From: Podarcis bocagei
Lineage: Eukaryota
Reading direction: 5' to 3' (one strand)
DNA length: 64,000 nt
Assembly: GCA_964188305.1 (NCBI GenBank)
Contig: OZ076886.1
Below, in pieces: positions 38,231 through 50,360 of this stretch. The notes beneath the pieces were generated by a model, which did no database searches, had not been told where the DNA came from, and saw nothing but the letters and a program-made list of their open reading frames with translations. The translations under genes were made by a program, and so were the position numbers. Each line of letters starts with the position of its first letter. The stretch's first letter is position 1.

Positions 38231-38231
<1 letters not shown>

Positions 38232-38301
<70 letters not shown>
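38232..38301. repeat. (AAC)n microsatellite
   Basis: About 23 perfect units. Confidence 0.97.
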
Positions 38302-38302
<1 letters not shown>

Positions 38303-41300
38303 GACTTTCAGCAACTGGTCACCCTTTCCCAGGGCTTTGCCGACAAAAGCTGCTGCAAGTGCTGGTTTAATTCAGTGTGGTTTTCCCTTCCTCGCTGTAT
38401 CAAATATATTTTTGTTTGCACTTCTGTAAGAAGCTGGAGGCTGCCCAGTTTTGTAAAATTAAAAACAAGTCCCAATCACCTCTACTTTGCAATCCCACCC
38501 CCCGCAATATTTACAGTGGCTGCAAGGCGTTTTATCCATTACATTTAGAGTGAACAGATGAATATCAGCCATTTGATGTACTAGACGAAGTGTCCGTAAT
38601 GATGGGATCCATTCCAGCATGTTAATTGAGTAAACTGGAAACATCTCTTAATATGATTGAAATAGGAACAGTCAGCAAAATTGCCTTGCACTCTTTCGAA
38701 AACGGTAGCCTGATTACACAATGCAAAGGCCTTGTCCTTCTCAAGGACCTTTTATCCATAGTCATCACAATGCTCTTAATGCTATAATGAATAGGACTTG
38801 TCTGCACCACAGCCCCAATTCATCGATCCTCACAGAGAAATGGACTATATGCATGATGCTGTGAATGAGGGTCTTTTGATACTTTGTGGATGGAGAAGGG
38901 GTGCCTGGATTATTCTCCATCCCCCGTCCCTTTCCCAAACAGGTGATTGGCATTGTGAGGGCTGACTACAAAAGATAAATCTTTACCAGATGAGCCCATC
39001 CTCCACACCTGTTTCCTTCATGATGAAATGTCATATTAAAATCTCTTTAATTCACCCCCCCCCCAACAAAACCCCCTGACTTCTGGCCTTCAAAGGTCCT
39101 TACTATTGTGAATTCAGCTGAAACCTCAACACTTTGTTTTGAAAAAGGACCATAAAACACGTTGAAACTAAGCCTGGAAAGGTATTGTAATTTCAGCTGG
39201 AAAAACTGATGAAGCTGCAAAAAAACCACATTTTGTTTAAGCCTACAAGGGGAGTAGGTGATAGAAGTGTTCAGTCAGGAGAGTTATCAGCCGGATAATA
39301 AACTCACCCTAGTGGCACAGATGGCCACAACACTGATGGAATTTCGCCCAGGATAAAAACATTCTTGTTGGGGTTTTTTAGGTTTTGGAGGTTATTCTGG
39401 ACTGTTTTCAGCTGTAGTTTTCCCTGATATTATTGATTGTAATAGTTTTATCACTAACACTTTATTATTTGTGCTTTTATTATTTTTGATGGGTATATGT
39501 AAACTGCTTTGCACTCACTTGGAACAGTAAAAGGTACACAAAAGCTTTAAATAAATAAATTGTGTGTTTGCGCACGTGACCTGTCCCTATGCAGAGCCTA
39601 TGGGACTTTGATGGAGCAAAACTTGCAAATGGTTAAGGTGAACCATTTTTCTTAGCCAGAACCTAAATGATACAAAACAACATAGCAATTGCCCACAAAG
39701 AGCTAAGTGCATAAATAATTGGTTTAATACATGAACAATGCAACAGACCCTCTTGAGTCCAAAGAGAAAATTAGTCAATTCCTGTCTGCAAACTTTTTAG
39801 ACAGCCAATCTAAACTTTTCTTTAATCCATTACAGTGCTAGACACTGTCTTTGTGAACAGCTTTGGTCCCCAAGCTACAGCAAATGGCTAACTTACTTGA
39901 AGGATATAGTCCTGCCATTGTAACGCAATCATAGCAAATAATACCAGTTCAGCTATACAAGCACTGATTCCCCATTCCTTTCACTGTGTGTATAAGTAAT
40001 TTCAATTTACCTTGTGCAAGGAGATAAGAGCCCAAGAATATTATCCCACTCTCCTGCACAACAAGCTTCCATTTTTCTAATGCCCCACTAAGTGGCTGCT
40101 CCTTATTGGGCTAAACCAGGGTGCAAGATGGTACCCTTCAGATGTTCTGGACTACAACTTTCTTCAGCCCTAGCCAGCGTGCCCAATGCTGAAGGGATGA
40201 AGGGAGCTGTAGTCTTAGTTCTGAAAATGTGCCTAGTTTTGGAGAACCCATGCATACCCTGTTCCGAATGACTCTTCAAATTGCTCAGGTTAGAACAAAT
40301 TCACCCTCAGTTCCTTCATTACTTGATGCTGCTACCCTTTTCATGGTACAGGAGAAAGAGCATGTTAGTGAGCAGCTGTGTGGGTGCCCCCATTCTTCTG
40401 GGTTCTCATTTTTACTGATATAGCTGATGTAAAAGACCTTGATGCTTGGACCCCTTGTGACAATGGAACAGCAGCTGTAGCATTGTTTGGCCAAAAAGAA
40501 TAAAAGTGCCAGTGCTGAGATGCAATTACTCTACCACCTACATGTTGTAGATGAACATTCTACATCAGACGCTTTGAGATCATTGGCTTCTCACTTTCTT
40601 CGCTAAGAGGCCAGAGGGTGTGTTTTTCTTTTTTGGGGGGGGGCAACAACCTTTTTAGATTATTCTTCCCCTTGATATTCACACAAACATTTGCATTATC
40701 AGCTGAGCCCCAATCAAATGTCACAGTTTCCTCGTTAATCTGAAATTGGGGGTGGGGAAGGTAAAATATATTATGTTTTGTATTTTTCTCTATAAACCTT
40801 AATAAAATTTATTTTAAAAATAATAATAATTTGAAATTGGGGTATCCCCAACTGCTTAATAGGAAGTGGGAAGCAACAGAGGAAGAAGCTGGGTAGCAGG
40901 CAGATATTGTCTCTGTTTTCGCAGCATCTACAATTACTGTACCAGCTAAAAGCCTTTGATAAATATGCACATTACACATTACTGTGGGTGGATTTATTAA
41001 ATGATTTTACAGTACAGATTGATGTTTCCTTTGCAATAATTTAAGAAGCTGCACATTTCTTTTTTATTATTATTTCTTTTTTCCTTTTGGAAGGAGAAGA
41101 ATAGTTGCCAAAGGAACAAAAATGATGCCTACAATAAATGGACTCTCAAATGGAGTATGCATTTGTTTATCCACCCTTGTCTTTACATCACACCAAGCTG
41201 CTAGAGCGGCTGCAGAATTTCCAGCCATCTTACTGGGCTATTTGCATTTAAATAGTTTTCTCTGTCATTATGTAAATGCCTCTTAGTACACTCAAAGTGG

Positions 41301-42672
41301 CCATTTTTCACTCAGCACTTCAAACTCAGATTTCCCTGCCCCACAACAACACCTAGAGCTATCAGGTCTCCTGTATTTTCTAGGACCTAGCACTATGGAG
41401 GCCTTTGGGGTTATCATCCTGCTCCCTCCCAGAATAGGAACATCGTGCATCCCACCACTTTCAGGGAAATCCGTGATGAAGATGCTGCTGATGCCCAATC
41501 TGCAAACAATTAACTATTTATATTATATTTATGAAATGATGGCTGCCCCATGGTCTTTTTTTCAGACTGGTGGCTCTGTTTGGTTTCTTCAATCTAGTTA
41601 TTACTTTTCCTGCTAGCCATACCCTAACCTTTGTAGCTTATGCATTAGAAATTATTAATATGTTGTGCAAATTTACCAAACCTTAAAAAGGATATAAAGC
41701 AGTGCAAATCACTAGGTAATCTCAATCTCTCTTATAATTTGGTATAGAGAGTGTTTTAGAACTGACTCAAAGAGACCAGGAACTTCCTGCCCCCTCACAC
41801 CATGCACAAATATGGGGCGTGCCCTTTCAAGAGGAAGTCCTGATTAGAGTCTCTTTCTCTACTTTGGCTGCAAAGACAGCCCTATTCACAAGTAGCTGTA
41901 CTTCTGGAGGCTACACAACACACTGGTTTGAGGGAAAATGCATCAAGCAGCAGTATTTCTCAAGAAACTATAAGATAGATATGGATTGTGGCTAGCGTCA
42001 TGTGTGCACGGCTTCAAACACCAGCAGTGGGTGTTCACTGCAGCCAGAGTAGATGCCAATGTGTACACAGCCTTAATCTCAACCCTGTCACACAGGCAGC
42101 AGTCATGCCCTTGTGCCAAGACTGAGAACCATATACTCTGTTCTATGAGCAGCTGTATTGGTTGTCATAATAAAACATGCAACCTTTTTCTCTGTGTGAG
42201 AGAAAATAGGCCTGCGTTCCTGAAAACCAGCAAATGCAAGATTATTTGTGCACCAGCAGCTGTATTGTGTTTGAGCAGACTGAATATTTGTATTCAGAAT
42301 GTTCTTAAAAAAAAAAAGTTCCTGGGTTTAAATCTTGAATGCTTTCCACTGCTGTCCATTATATTCAAGGCTTAATCTAATGAACCAATTCAATTCTGTT
42401 TCTAAATAAAGAGATCCACTTGAATAATTTTGCTTTTGTCCAGACAAAAATTAATGAAGCTAGAGGACATACAGGAATTATAATCCTCCCTCTCATAGAA
42501 GGAAAAAGTGGGGGGGGGCACCTTGAAAATCTGGCAGGCAGCAGTAGTAGGGTGTGTGTGATTGTGACTCATGGCTGCCTGCTGATACGCCTGATTCAGA
42601 ACAAGGCCAAAAGAACAATAATGCCATCTAGCCTTTGAGCCTAGTTGTAATTACACACATATTGAATTATTG

Positions 42673-43014
42673 TAAAGGTAAAGGTAAAGGTACCCCTGAC
42701 CATTAGGTCCAGTCGCAGACGACTCTGGGGTTGTAGCGCTCATCTCACTTTACTGGCCGAGGAAGCCGGCATTTGTCCACAGACAGCTTCCGGGTCATGT
42801 GGTCAGCACGACTAAGCCGCTTCTGGCGAACCAGAGCAGTGCATGGAAACACCATTTACCTTCTCACCAGAGCGGTACCTATTTATCTACTTGCACTTTG
42901 ACTTGCTTTTGAACTGCTAGGTGGGCAGGAGCAGGGACTGAACAACGGGAGCTCACCCCGTTGCAGGGATTCGAACCGCCAACCTTCCAATCAGCAAGTG
43001 GTTTAGACCATAGT
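42673..43014 (-). mobile_element. Sauria SINE (5' end damaged)
   Basis: (AAAGGT)3 tail; body homologous to the other copies. Confidence 0.92.
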
Positions 43015-43166
43015 TTAAAATGCCCTGTTCTCATAGGTTTAAACTTAAACTGCGAGCGGACTGGAGAGGCAGGGAGGGTATTTAGAAAGCACAATACTCA
43101 GAGGCACACAAATGTCTGAGCAGAATAGTCTTCTCTCACACAACCCCTCTGGCCAATCTGCCATGA

Positions 43167-44270
43167 GGAAGTCACTATAGCATTCGTCCTCTCAGTTTTC
43201 TTCTGTTGCTGCTTTGGGAGCACTCCTCGTCATTCTTTGAAAGCTTCAGTGAAGACCAGCTCAAACTTCAGCTGGCTGATGTGGTCATGGTTATGAAAAG
43301 CTGGAAGAAGCATGTCTGGATTAAAGTGCTGCAAGATTTTTCAGTCCTTCTGAAGAAGGCCAGACAACATCCTTCTGTAGAGCTTCCCACATCCATACTG
43401 GGTTGGCTAGTGGCCATTTACTGTCTCTGTGCTACGGATGCAGGCATGGAGTACAAGCAGCAAGCAGCAGATACCCTCTGCTATCTCATTCCCATGGTAC
43501 TTTACAAAGAGATACTGGCACGTACAATGTGGGGCCAAACCCTGATAATAAGGCCTCAGAGTGAACTCAACTGGTGGACCAGTTCCTGCATTGTTCATAA
43601 ATAATTGCTATGCTCTTGCCAAGGTCTTTGATGCTTTCCTTCACGTGTGATCATTTTAAGGAGGTGTTAACCAGAGCTGGGGACCTCATCACGCAGAGCT
43701 CATTCATGCCCTTGGACATTTCCCACTCGACCCAAGTGTTTATTAAGCAGTTCAGTGACAAAGTGGTGAAGGTTGAGGTGCTGCTGGAGACATTCCATAA
43801 AAACACCCAGAAGCCTACAATGTGGCCTTCTAGGCTTTCTTCATCTTAGCTTATCATCGCCTGAAGAAAGTGATTGGATACCTCCTCCAATTTCTGATCA
43901 GTGACTGTGAGGGAATTTGGCAGGAGGCTTTTACATCGGCTGACCACCAAAAAATGCTGCATCTGATGGCCAGGCAAATGTATCAGAGCCTTTTGGTGGG
44001 GTCTGCCACAGCTGTGCAACATTTGACCAACTTGTTGCACACCATCCTCAAGATGGAGGAGTATGAGGCAGCTGTGTGCAGACAGTTTCCAGAGCTGCTG
44101 ATTGCTGTCCTGGGGATGATCATAAACTTCCTGCACGGTAAGGAGTTCCTCATAGGGGCCGAGGAACCTCTGCAGCTCCTCAGCACTGTAGGAGAGCAAC
44201 CTGAGACAGCCATCTTAGACCAGCTTTTGAGGCTGGAGACCTTCTGCTATGGTGAGGGCTTTTGGCCTGA
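43167..44270 (+). pseudogene. Intronless, frameshifted maestro HEAT-like repeat (MROH-family-like) pseudogene
   Basis: Three consecutive ORFs in three frames (43206-43604, 43610-43849, 43870 onward) with amphipathic-helix character; segments SILGWLVAIYCLCATD...QQAADTLCYL and NLLHTILKMEEYEAAVCRQFPELLIAVL resemble MROH proteins from memory; not database-verified. Confidence 0.5.
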
Positions 44271-45050
44271 GTTTCTGAGTTTTATTTTCCTCTGCCCTCC
44301 TTGCCCTTTGTGTGTTGTATTTTTGTTTGCCTGTCTGTATGCACTGCAAGGTTTCAAGGCTTCAATAGCAAAATCTGGGCCTAATCATTCAAGGGCTGCT
44401 GGACCTCTCCTGTTCCACTGTCTCCCAAGACAGGAATTGAAGTGGGAGGAGCAGAAATAGGTTCCATGAAGGCATAGTCTGCACCTTCTTGCATGTAGCT
44501 CAGGTGGGGAAGATGCATAAGCTGAGGTCAGGGCGAGGCTTTTCTGTTGCTGCAACTGCCTCATTGGGTGCACACCTAGGAGTAGCTGAGAGACATACAC
44601 CCTGGTGCAAATTAATTCAAACAAGCAATGTAGTTTATTGTACAAAACTCACATATACATGTACAAAACTCACATATATGTACATTAGTAATGGATATGA
44701 CCTCCGCTATTTTTAAGCAGCATTTGAACACAGTTTGGCATGGAGTCTATGAGTTTCGAACAGTCACTGTTGATTTTCGGGTCCCTGTACCACACCTGAA
44801 TCAGCGCCTGAATGAGCTTCTCCATAGTCTTACACAGTCTACAGCACGGAGGCGACTTTTGCATGTAGCCCACAAATTCTCAATGGGATACATCCGGGGA
44901 ATTCCTTGGCCAATCAAGTACCTGTATTTGCTGTTCTATAATGAATTTCTTCACCACTTTCAATGTATGGCAGGGGGCTAAGTCCTGCTGCAATATCCCA
45001 GTACCGTCAAGATACCTCTTTTCCACCTCTGGAATAACTCTCTTTTGTAG

Positions 45051-45250
45051 TTACAGGTAGGTAGCCGTGTTGGTCTGCCATAGTCAAAATAAAAAAATTC
45101 CTTCCAGTAGCACCTTAAAGACCAACTAAGTTAGTTCTTGGTATGAGCTTTCGTGTGCATGCACACTGTGTATCTGAAGAAGTGTGCATGCACACAAAAG
45201 CTCATACCAAGAACTAACTTAGTTGGTCTTTAAGGTGCTACTGGAAGGAA
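45051..45250. mobile_element. Palindromic Penelope-like terminal derivative inserted into the Tc1
   Basis: Perfect 12-bp TSD TCTCTTTTGTAG; arms about 45097-45167 and 45181-45250 are inverted; homologous to 45697-45780. Confidence 0.9.
45170..45207 (+). ncRNA. Minimal type-I hammerhead ribozyme motif (G12A variant, probably inactive)
   Basis: GTAT-CTGAAGA-A-GTGTGC(AT)GCACAC-AAAA-GCTC-ATAC: stem I GTAT/ATAC, CUGAnGA core, stem II, palindromic AGCT at stem III, CUC triplet; the opposite arm retains GAAA. Confidence 0.65.
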
Positions 45251-45696
45251 TCTCTTTTGTAGAACCTCAATATATTGTGGCGAGTGCATCATTCCTTCTA
45301 TTGGCTGCAGGCTTCCGACATCATAATGATCAACTGACTTTTTGTGTTTGCTTTGAGTACAGGATTACAAGTAAGATAGAAAACATGCTTTGTTTCAATT
45401 AATTTGCACAAGGGTGTAGGACTGATAGATATGCCTTTTTCCTAACTTTTGACAATAAAGAGTAAATTCCTCACTCTCAACTTTCCTTGCCTAACAACAC
45501 CATGACACAGCATTCTCTTGTGTTGGCAGGGCTTGGGTAAGAATGAGGCATGCAGAACTAATAATAAATAACAAGATGAAAGACTTTTTAAAAAAATATT
45601 AAAAGATAATCCAAAAAGAACTCCCTTAAGAGAGTCAAGTCTTTTTGTCTTAAGACAGTCTTTAAAAGAATCTTTCCCCCCAATTTTTTTTAAATA

Positions 45697-46850
45697 ATTC
45701 CAGTAGCACTTTAAAGACCAACTAAGTATAAGCTTTCTAGTTATGAGCTTTTGTGTGTATACATACTTCTTCAGATACTCTGAAGCAGAGGTCGCTACAA
45801 CCTTATAACTGTTGGTTACTGTTAATGATGGCAGTTGGTTCCACAGAGAAGGGCAAGGGATTTTTAAAGGGATAGATGATAAAAATTAGCTTTAGCATGT
45901 ATAATGGGACATGAATCCAATATCTCTATTCAGACCAGGTCTCTCCATAGTTTTTAGTTTGGTAATGAGTTGTAATTCAACAACTTCTCTTTCAAGTGTA
46001 TTTCTAACATTCTTTTGCAATACGACAGCTACTTTAAGATCTTGTATAGAATGTCCTGGGAGATTGAAATGTTCTCCTGTTGGTTTCTGTTTCGATTCCT
46101 GATGTCAGATTTATGTCCATTTATCCTCTGGCATAAGGTTTGTCCTGTGTGTCCAATATAGAGAGCTGAAGGGCACTGTTGGCATTTGATAGCGTATATA
46201 ATGTTGGAAGACGAACAATTAAATAGGCTTGATGTTTGGTGTTATTGGGGCCAATAATGCTGTTGTTTGGGTGTATATGGCAGCAAAGTTGGCATCTAGA
46301 TTTATTACAGGCTCTTGTGCCAGTGTCCATGTTAAGTCTAGTTGTTGTATTATTGTGTTGTGAGGAGTTGTTTAAGATTGGGTGGGTTTCTGTGGGCAAT
46401 GCAAGGTTTTCCTCCCAGAGCTTGGGAAAGAGAGCTGTCATTATCTGAGAGAGTTTGTAAATCTCTGATGATGTGTTGAACTGCTTTAACTTGAGAGCTG
46501 TATGTAATTACTAGTGATGTTCTTTTGTTTTCTGTTTTGGGTCTATCTTGCAGCAAGTTCTCTCTGGGTATCAGTTTGGCTTCATTGATCCTTTTTTAAA
46601 CTTCATCAGGTGGGTATTTTAGTTCCAAAAAGGTTTGCTGTAGGTCTCTTAAGTGAGAGTCCCTGTCTGTAGAGTTGGAGCGGATGCGGCTGTAACGTAG
46701 GGCCTGGCTATATACAATTGATTGTTTGGTATGTTTGGGATGGTAGCTGGAGGTGTGTAGATATGATTGTCAATCAGTTGGTTTTCGGTATAACTGAGCA
46801 TAATTGAGAAGCGCACAATCCTTGATAGACCAGTGCAGAGCATAAAAAGG
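45697..46850 (-). mobile_element. Penelope-like element (Neptune-type), 5'-truncated: RT C-terminus, Cys linker, GIY-YIG endonuclease
   Basis: Minus-strand HPKHTKQSIVYSQALRY..., CNKSRCQLC linker, NIIYAIKCQQCPSALYIGHTGQTL.QRINGH, GLNRD; frameshifted; second hammerhead motif at 45741-45778. Confidence 0.93.
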
Positions 46851-47140
46851 TTTAGCTGGGTTGGGAAAATGAAACAGGTACATCCATCGGGCTGCCATCT
46901 TATGTATTTTTGTTTGAGTTTATAACTTTTTATTCTAACATGACTCCTAACCCCCAGACAAGCTCCACATGGTACTGCTTAGCAGTTGTGTAGCCCCAGC
47001 GTGAAAAACCTAGCCAAGCAGGTTTTCGTTTTTCTGGGTCATTTGGCAGCTCTAGTTCATTGGGACTAACCCCCTAAGTAAACATAGATTGAATTGCAGC
47101 CTTTGGCACATGTCAGCCTCCATAAAGTCCCAGCTGACCT

Positions 47141-47385
47141 TAGCCCTATTCAAGCATTCATAGATGGCTTAACTGAACACGTGTGGCGGTAGAGCAGGGA
47201 CGAGCATGCTCCCTCTGCCTGTTATTGTTCCAGCGACCCTGCATGAGTTGGAGGGTGAATGTCTGCAATGGGGAGCCTCCACAGGACTCTAAGGAAGATG
47301 GGTGATGGAGCTAGCCTGCTTGTCAAGCAACCGCCCCCTCCCCTGCACATTCATTTAAGCCATATATGAGCATCTGAATAAAGCT
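47141..47385. mobile_element. Probable Harbinger-like MITE
   Basis: Long imperfect TIRs (TATTCAAGCATTCATAGATGGCTTAA / TTAAGCCATATATGAGCATCTGAATA). Confidence 0.55.
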
Positions 47386-49146
47386 CTTGTTATGAATTGA
47401 TTGGTGCTTTTTTAGGCACATGGTTAGATAATCAGATGACTACTTCAGCACAGATTGAATTATTCTCAAACTCACCATATGCCAGTAATCCACAAGTACA
47501 CAGTGAAAAAAATCATTGCATAAATCATCCCTTTGTTTGAAATTTCTAGGCTATAATGTAAATGTGCATACCACTCCTCTCCCCCTCTACCTAGGCTGTA
47601 GAGGCAATTGTAGTTTGTTTTTCTCAGTGAGTGAAGACAGTTTGAAAAAGGGATTGCTGTTTTTTCTGTGTTCTGTAGACTGAGCCCTATTTGGCTTTTG
47701 CAAAAAAAGGAAAAAAAAGTTTGGTAAGTTTTTGCATTTCTTTTTGAAAAAAGCCTGTTTAGATGCAACACTGAAACAAAATAAATACATATGTACACTT
47801 TAAGAAGCAATACCTCTCAAGCCAACTCTCTTAAAAATTGTGGCCCATCTCCGGTTTAGTTAATATTGTACCTGGTTTCTATTGAATGCTGGCATATATG
47901 ACTCAGCTTTAGCCATCTGACTGTTTTTTAAATATATATGCAGATTTATAAATAAATATGTGCACGTCTGTGATGGTATTTACATGTTCAGATGTTTCAT
48001 TTTGCAGTTAAGAGTTTTGAAAATTCTTTAGCAAGGCATTGTGTAAGCGTAGTTGCACTTTTATGAAGAATGACTCCGTAGTATAATGTAAAGCAACCAT
48101 ACTGGCCTTCCTCTTCCAAGTCTTCTAAAGTGAGTATGAAAAGGTTGTTCAATGTGTTTGGATTTGAAATGATTTTATGTATGTGCTGTTGTTTAACACT
48201 AGTTTTATATTTGTAATTATTTTTCACGTTGTTATATATGCAATTGTTTAGACTGTTTTATATATGTAACTGTCTGATATAAGTTATTAGACTGTAAATC
48301 ACTTCAGGATGCCTCATGGGAAGCAATTCATAAATTAAAATTCACCCAAATTTTAATGTAAATATCTCCTAATATACACATTTTCCTATGCAATTTTGCC
48401 TAGTATGCACGTTTCTGCAAACCAATTCTCACCAATAAATGCATTTTTATGCCCTACTAGATGCATTATTTACTTGCTTAGCTGGAGAGCTTGATGTGGC
48501 CCCCCCTGTCCCAACATTGCATACCTAGAGGTTCTGGGACATGATACCTGACTACAGGGTATTATAGGAAGTCTGTAATCTGCATAAAACTCTCCTGTTA
48601 GCGAGAAAAGTCTTCTGAGGACAGATTGCTGATTGGCTTTGTTTTGTTTTCCTCACCTGATTCTTTGTTCTAGTGTAACCTTGAATTATGAACCTCAGCC
48701 TTCTGGCCTGTTCCATATTTTCATCTCAATCCAAACACTGTCTGCTGGACTAATTTCTAATAACAAGAAAGCGTTTTTGTTTTGTTTTTTAATAGAAAAG
48801 GAGTTCTGTCTCCAGAACTATCCAAACAGCTGCTCTCGCCCTCTGCCAAATTTGCTTTAAAAAACAAAAGAGCAAAAGAAAAGCGAGATTAGGAGGGGAT
48901 CTCTCTACACAAAGGGCAGAAGCAATGCAAGGCTGCTTCTATAGCTGAGGTGGGGACAGGGCCGAGTGAAGCACCCTCTGGGAAAATACAGCCGCTTCAG
49001 TGGAATACCCCATTATTTGCTGACAAAGTCATCCCCACCCTCATGGCATAGGGCACGCGCTGAACCTACTCCAGTGGGCTGGCAATACCCAGCACACTTT
49101 CCCCACCCACAGCTGCAGCAGGAGCACGAAGATGATAATGATCATG

Positions 49147-49164
49147 GTAGTAGTAGTAGTAGTA

Positions 49165-49205
<41 letters not shown>
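49147..49205. repeat. Compound (TAG)n(TAA)n microsatellite
   Basis: Seen directly. Confidence 0.95.
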
Positions 49206-49206
<1 letters not shown>

Positions 49207-49807
49207 TATCCACTCTGGGCCACTATTTCTATTGGCATGGCTCAAGCAAAAATGGTTCCACATGCAAGACTGCAGGTCAAAAACAGTGAATGGGGTGTAG
49301 AGCTGATGAGAAGCCAATATTGTTGTCACGGCAATGCTCCATATTGTTGGTTTGCTTTGTTATGTATTTCTCTGGCATTCCCCAAAGCAGCTCACAGAGA
49401 TTAAAATTCACTACACAATGCTGCTGGTATTGCTGCTACGTAAAAATGCAACTGTGACTCAAGTCCTGGGCTTAGGCTTCCCATCTTAAAACAAAACAAA
49501 TCAAGAAGTGCAGAAAGGAAGGGCAATAGCGGGAACAAAGCAGAGGATGGGAACTAGTTTGACAACGCTGGAATGAAGGGGTGAGTTGTGTGTCTGGCAG
49601 TGGCCAACACAGAAACCCTCACACCACACGGCACTTACAGAGATGGGAAAGAAATCTGGGCCCTCCCTGCTCCTCAGTGCCACAAGAATAATGAAGGTCC
49701 ACACAACCATGGAGACACAGAGACAGGAGCGACCCAAGCCATTTTGCTGCCTGAGGTGAAGGACAAGAGGGTGCATTTGCCATTCTGTACACAAAATGTA
49801 AACCAGA

Positions 49808-49836
49808 GTGCTTGCTTCAGCAGTGCATATACAAAA
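49808..49836 (+). pseudogene. Retroposed 5' fragment of U6 snRNA
   Basis: GTGCTTGCTTCAGCAGTGCATATAC versus U6 5' end GTGCTCGCTTCGGCAGCACATATAC (two CpG transitions among the differences); flanking duplication ACAAAATGTAAACCAGA/ACAAAACGTAAGCTAGA. Confidence 0.65.
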
Positions 49837-50360
49837 CGTAAGCTAGACCGGTAGCTGAATCTTACTTCAGCTCTGGTGATGGAAAGGAGTCCTTCACCAC
49901 AGCCTAGGGCAGCAAGTTAGTTATGGGACTGCAGGGCAGACCACAGGGCATACATTTCTAGCCACTTCCCGCACTTCAGAAATTGCCACCTTAGATAGCT
50001 GCTTCACTCTGCCTCATGCAGGGGCCAGCCTTGCACACCCACCCACCCCCCTCCGTCAATATGAATGAATAAGCTGAGGAGAGGAGGCAGTGAACAGGCG
50101 AGAGGGGAGGCAGAGTGTGTGCCATAGGCGCTGGCTCCAAGGGGCCGCCCCCTGGCTCCTCACGACAGCACGGCACATTGCACATGCGAGGCACATCACA
50201 TCGGGGCCCCTCAATCATCCTGAGAAGCTGGCGCCTCTGGTGTGTGCTAAGTCTTTGGGACTGTGCGTGCATAGTCCTGCCCACTTTGGAAGGCAGCCCC
50301 TAAGAGCTTTCGGCCCAGATTATGCCGCACTTAGACCCCAGAAAGGCTCCTTTAACTATA

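Larger units (their letters stand above)
44598..45416 (-). mobile_element. Internally deleted Tc1 (DD34E) transposon
   Basis: TIRs CACCCTGGTGCAAATTAATTCAAACAA / TTGTTTCAATTAATTTGCACAAGGGTG; TA TSDs; minus-strand QQDLAPCH...WPRNSPD(frameshift)PIENLW and C-terminal LIDSMPNCVQMLLKNSGGHIHY*. Confidence 0.92.

Noticed and set aside
37896-38300. Poly-Leu signal-peptide-like ORF
   Set aside because: Translation of the (AAC)n microsatellite
39862-39871. TTTGGTCCCC matching the miR-133 5' end
   Set aside because: Match stops after 10 nt and there is no precursor hairpin
48966-49404. Poly-N/I/Y/V ORFs
   Set aside because: Artefacts of the (TAG)n(TAA)n repeat
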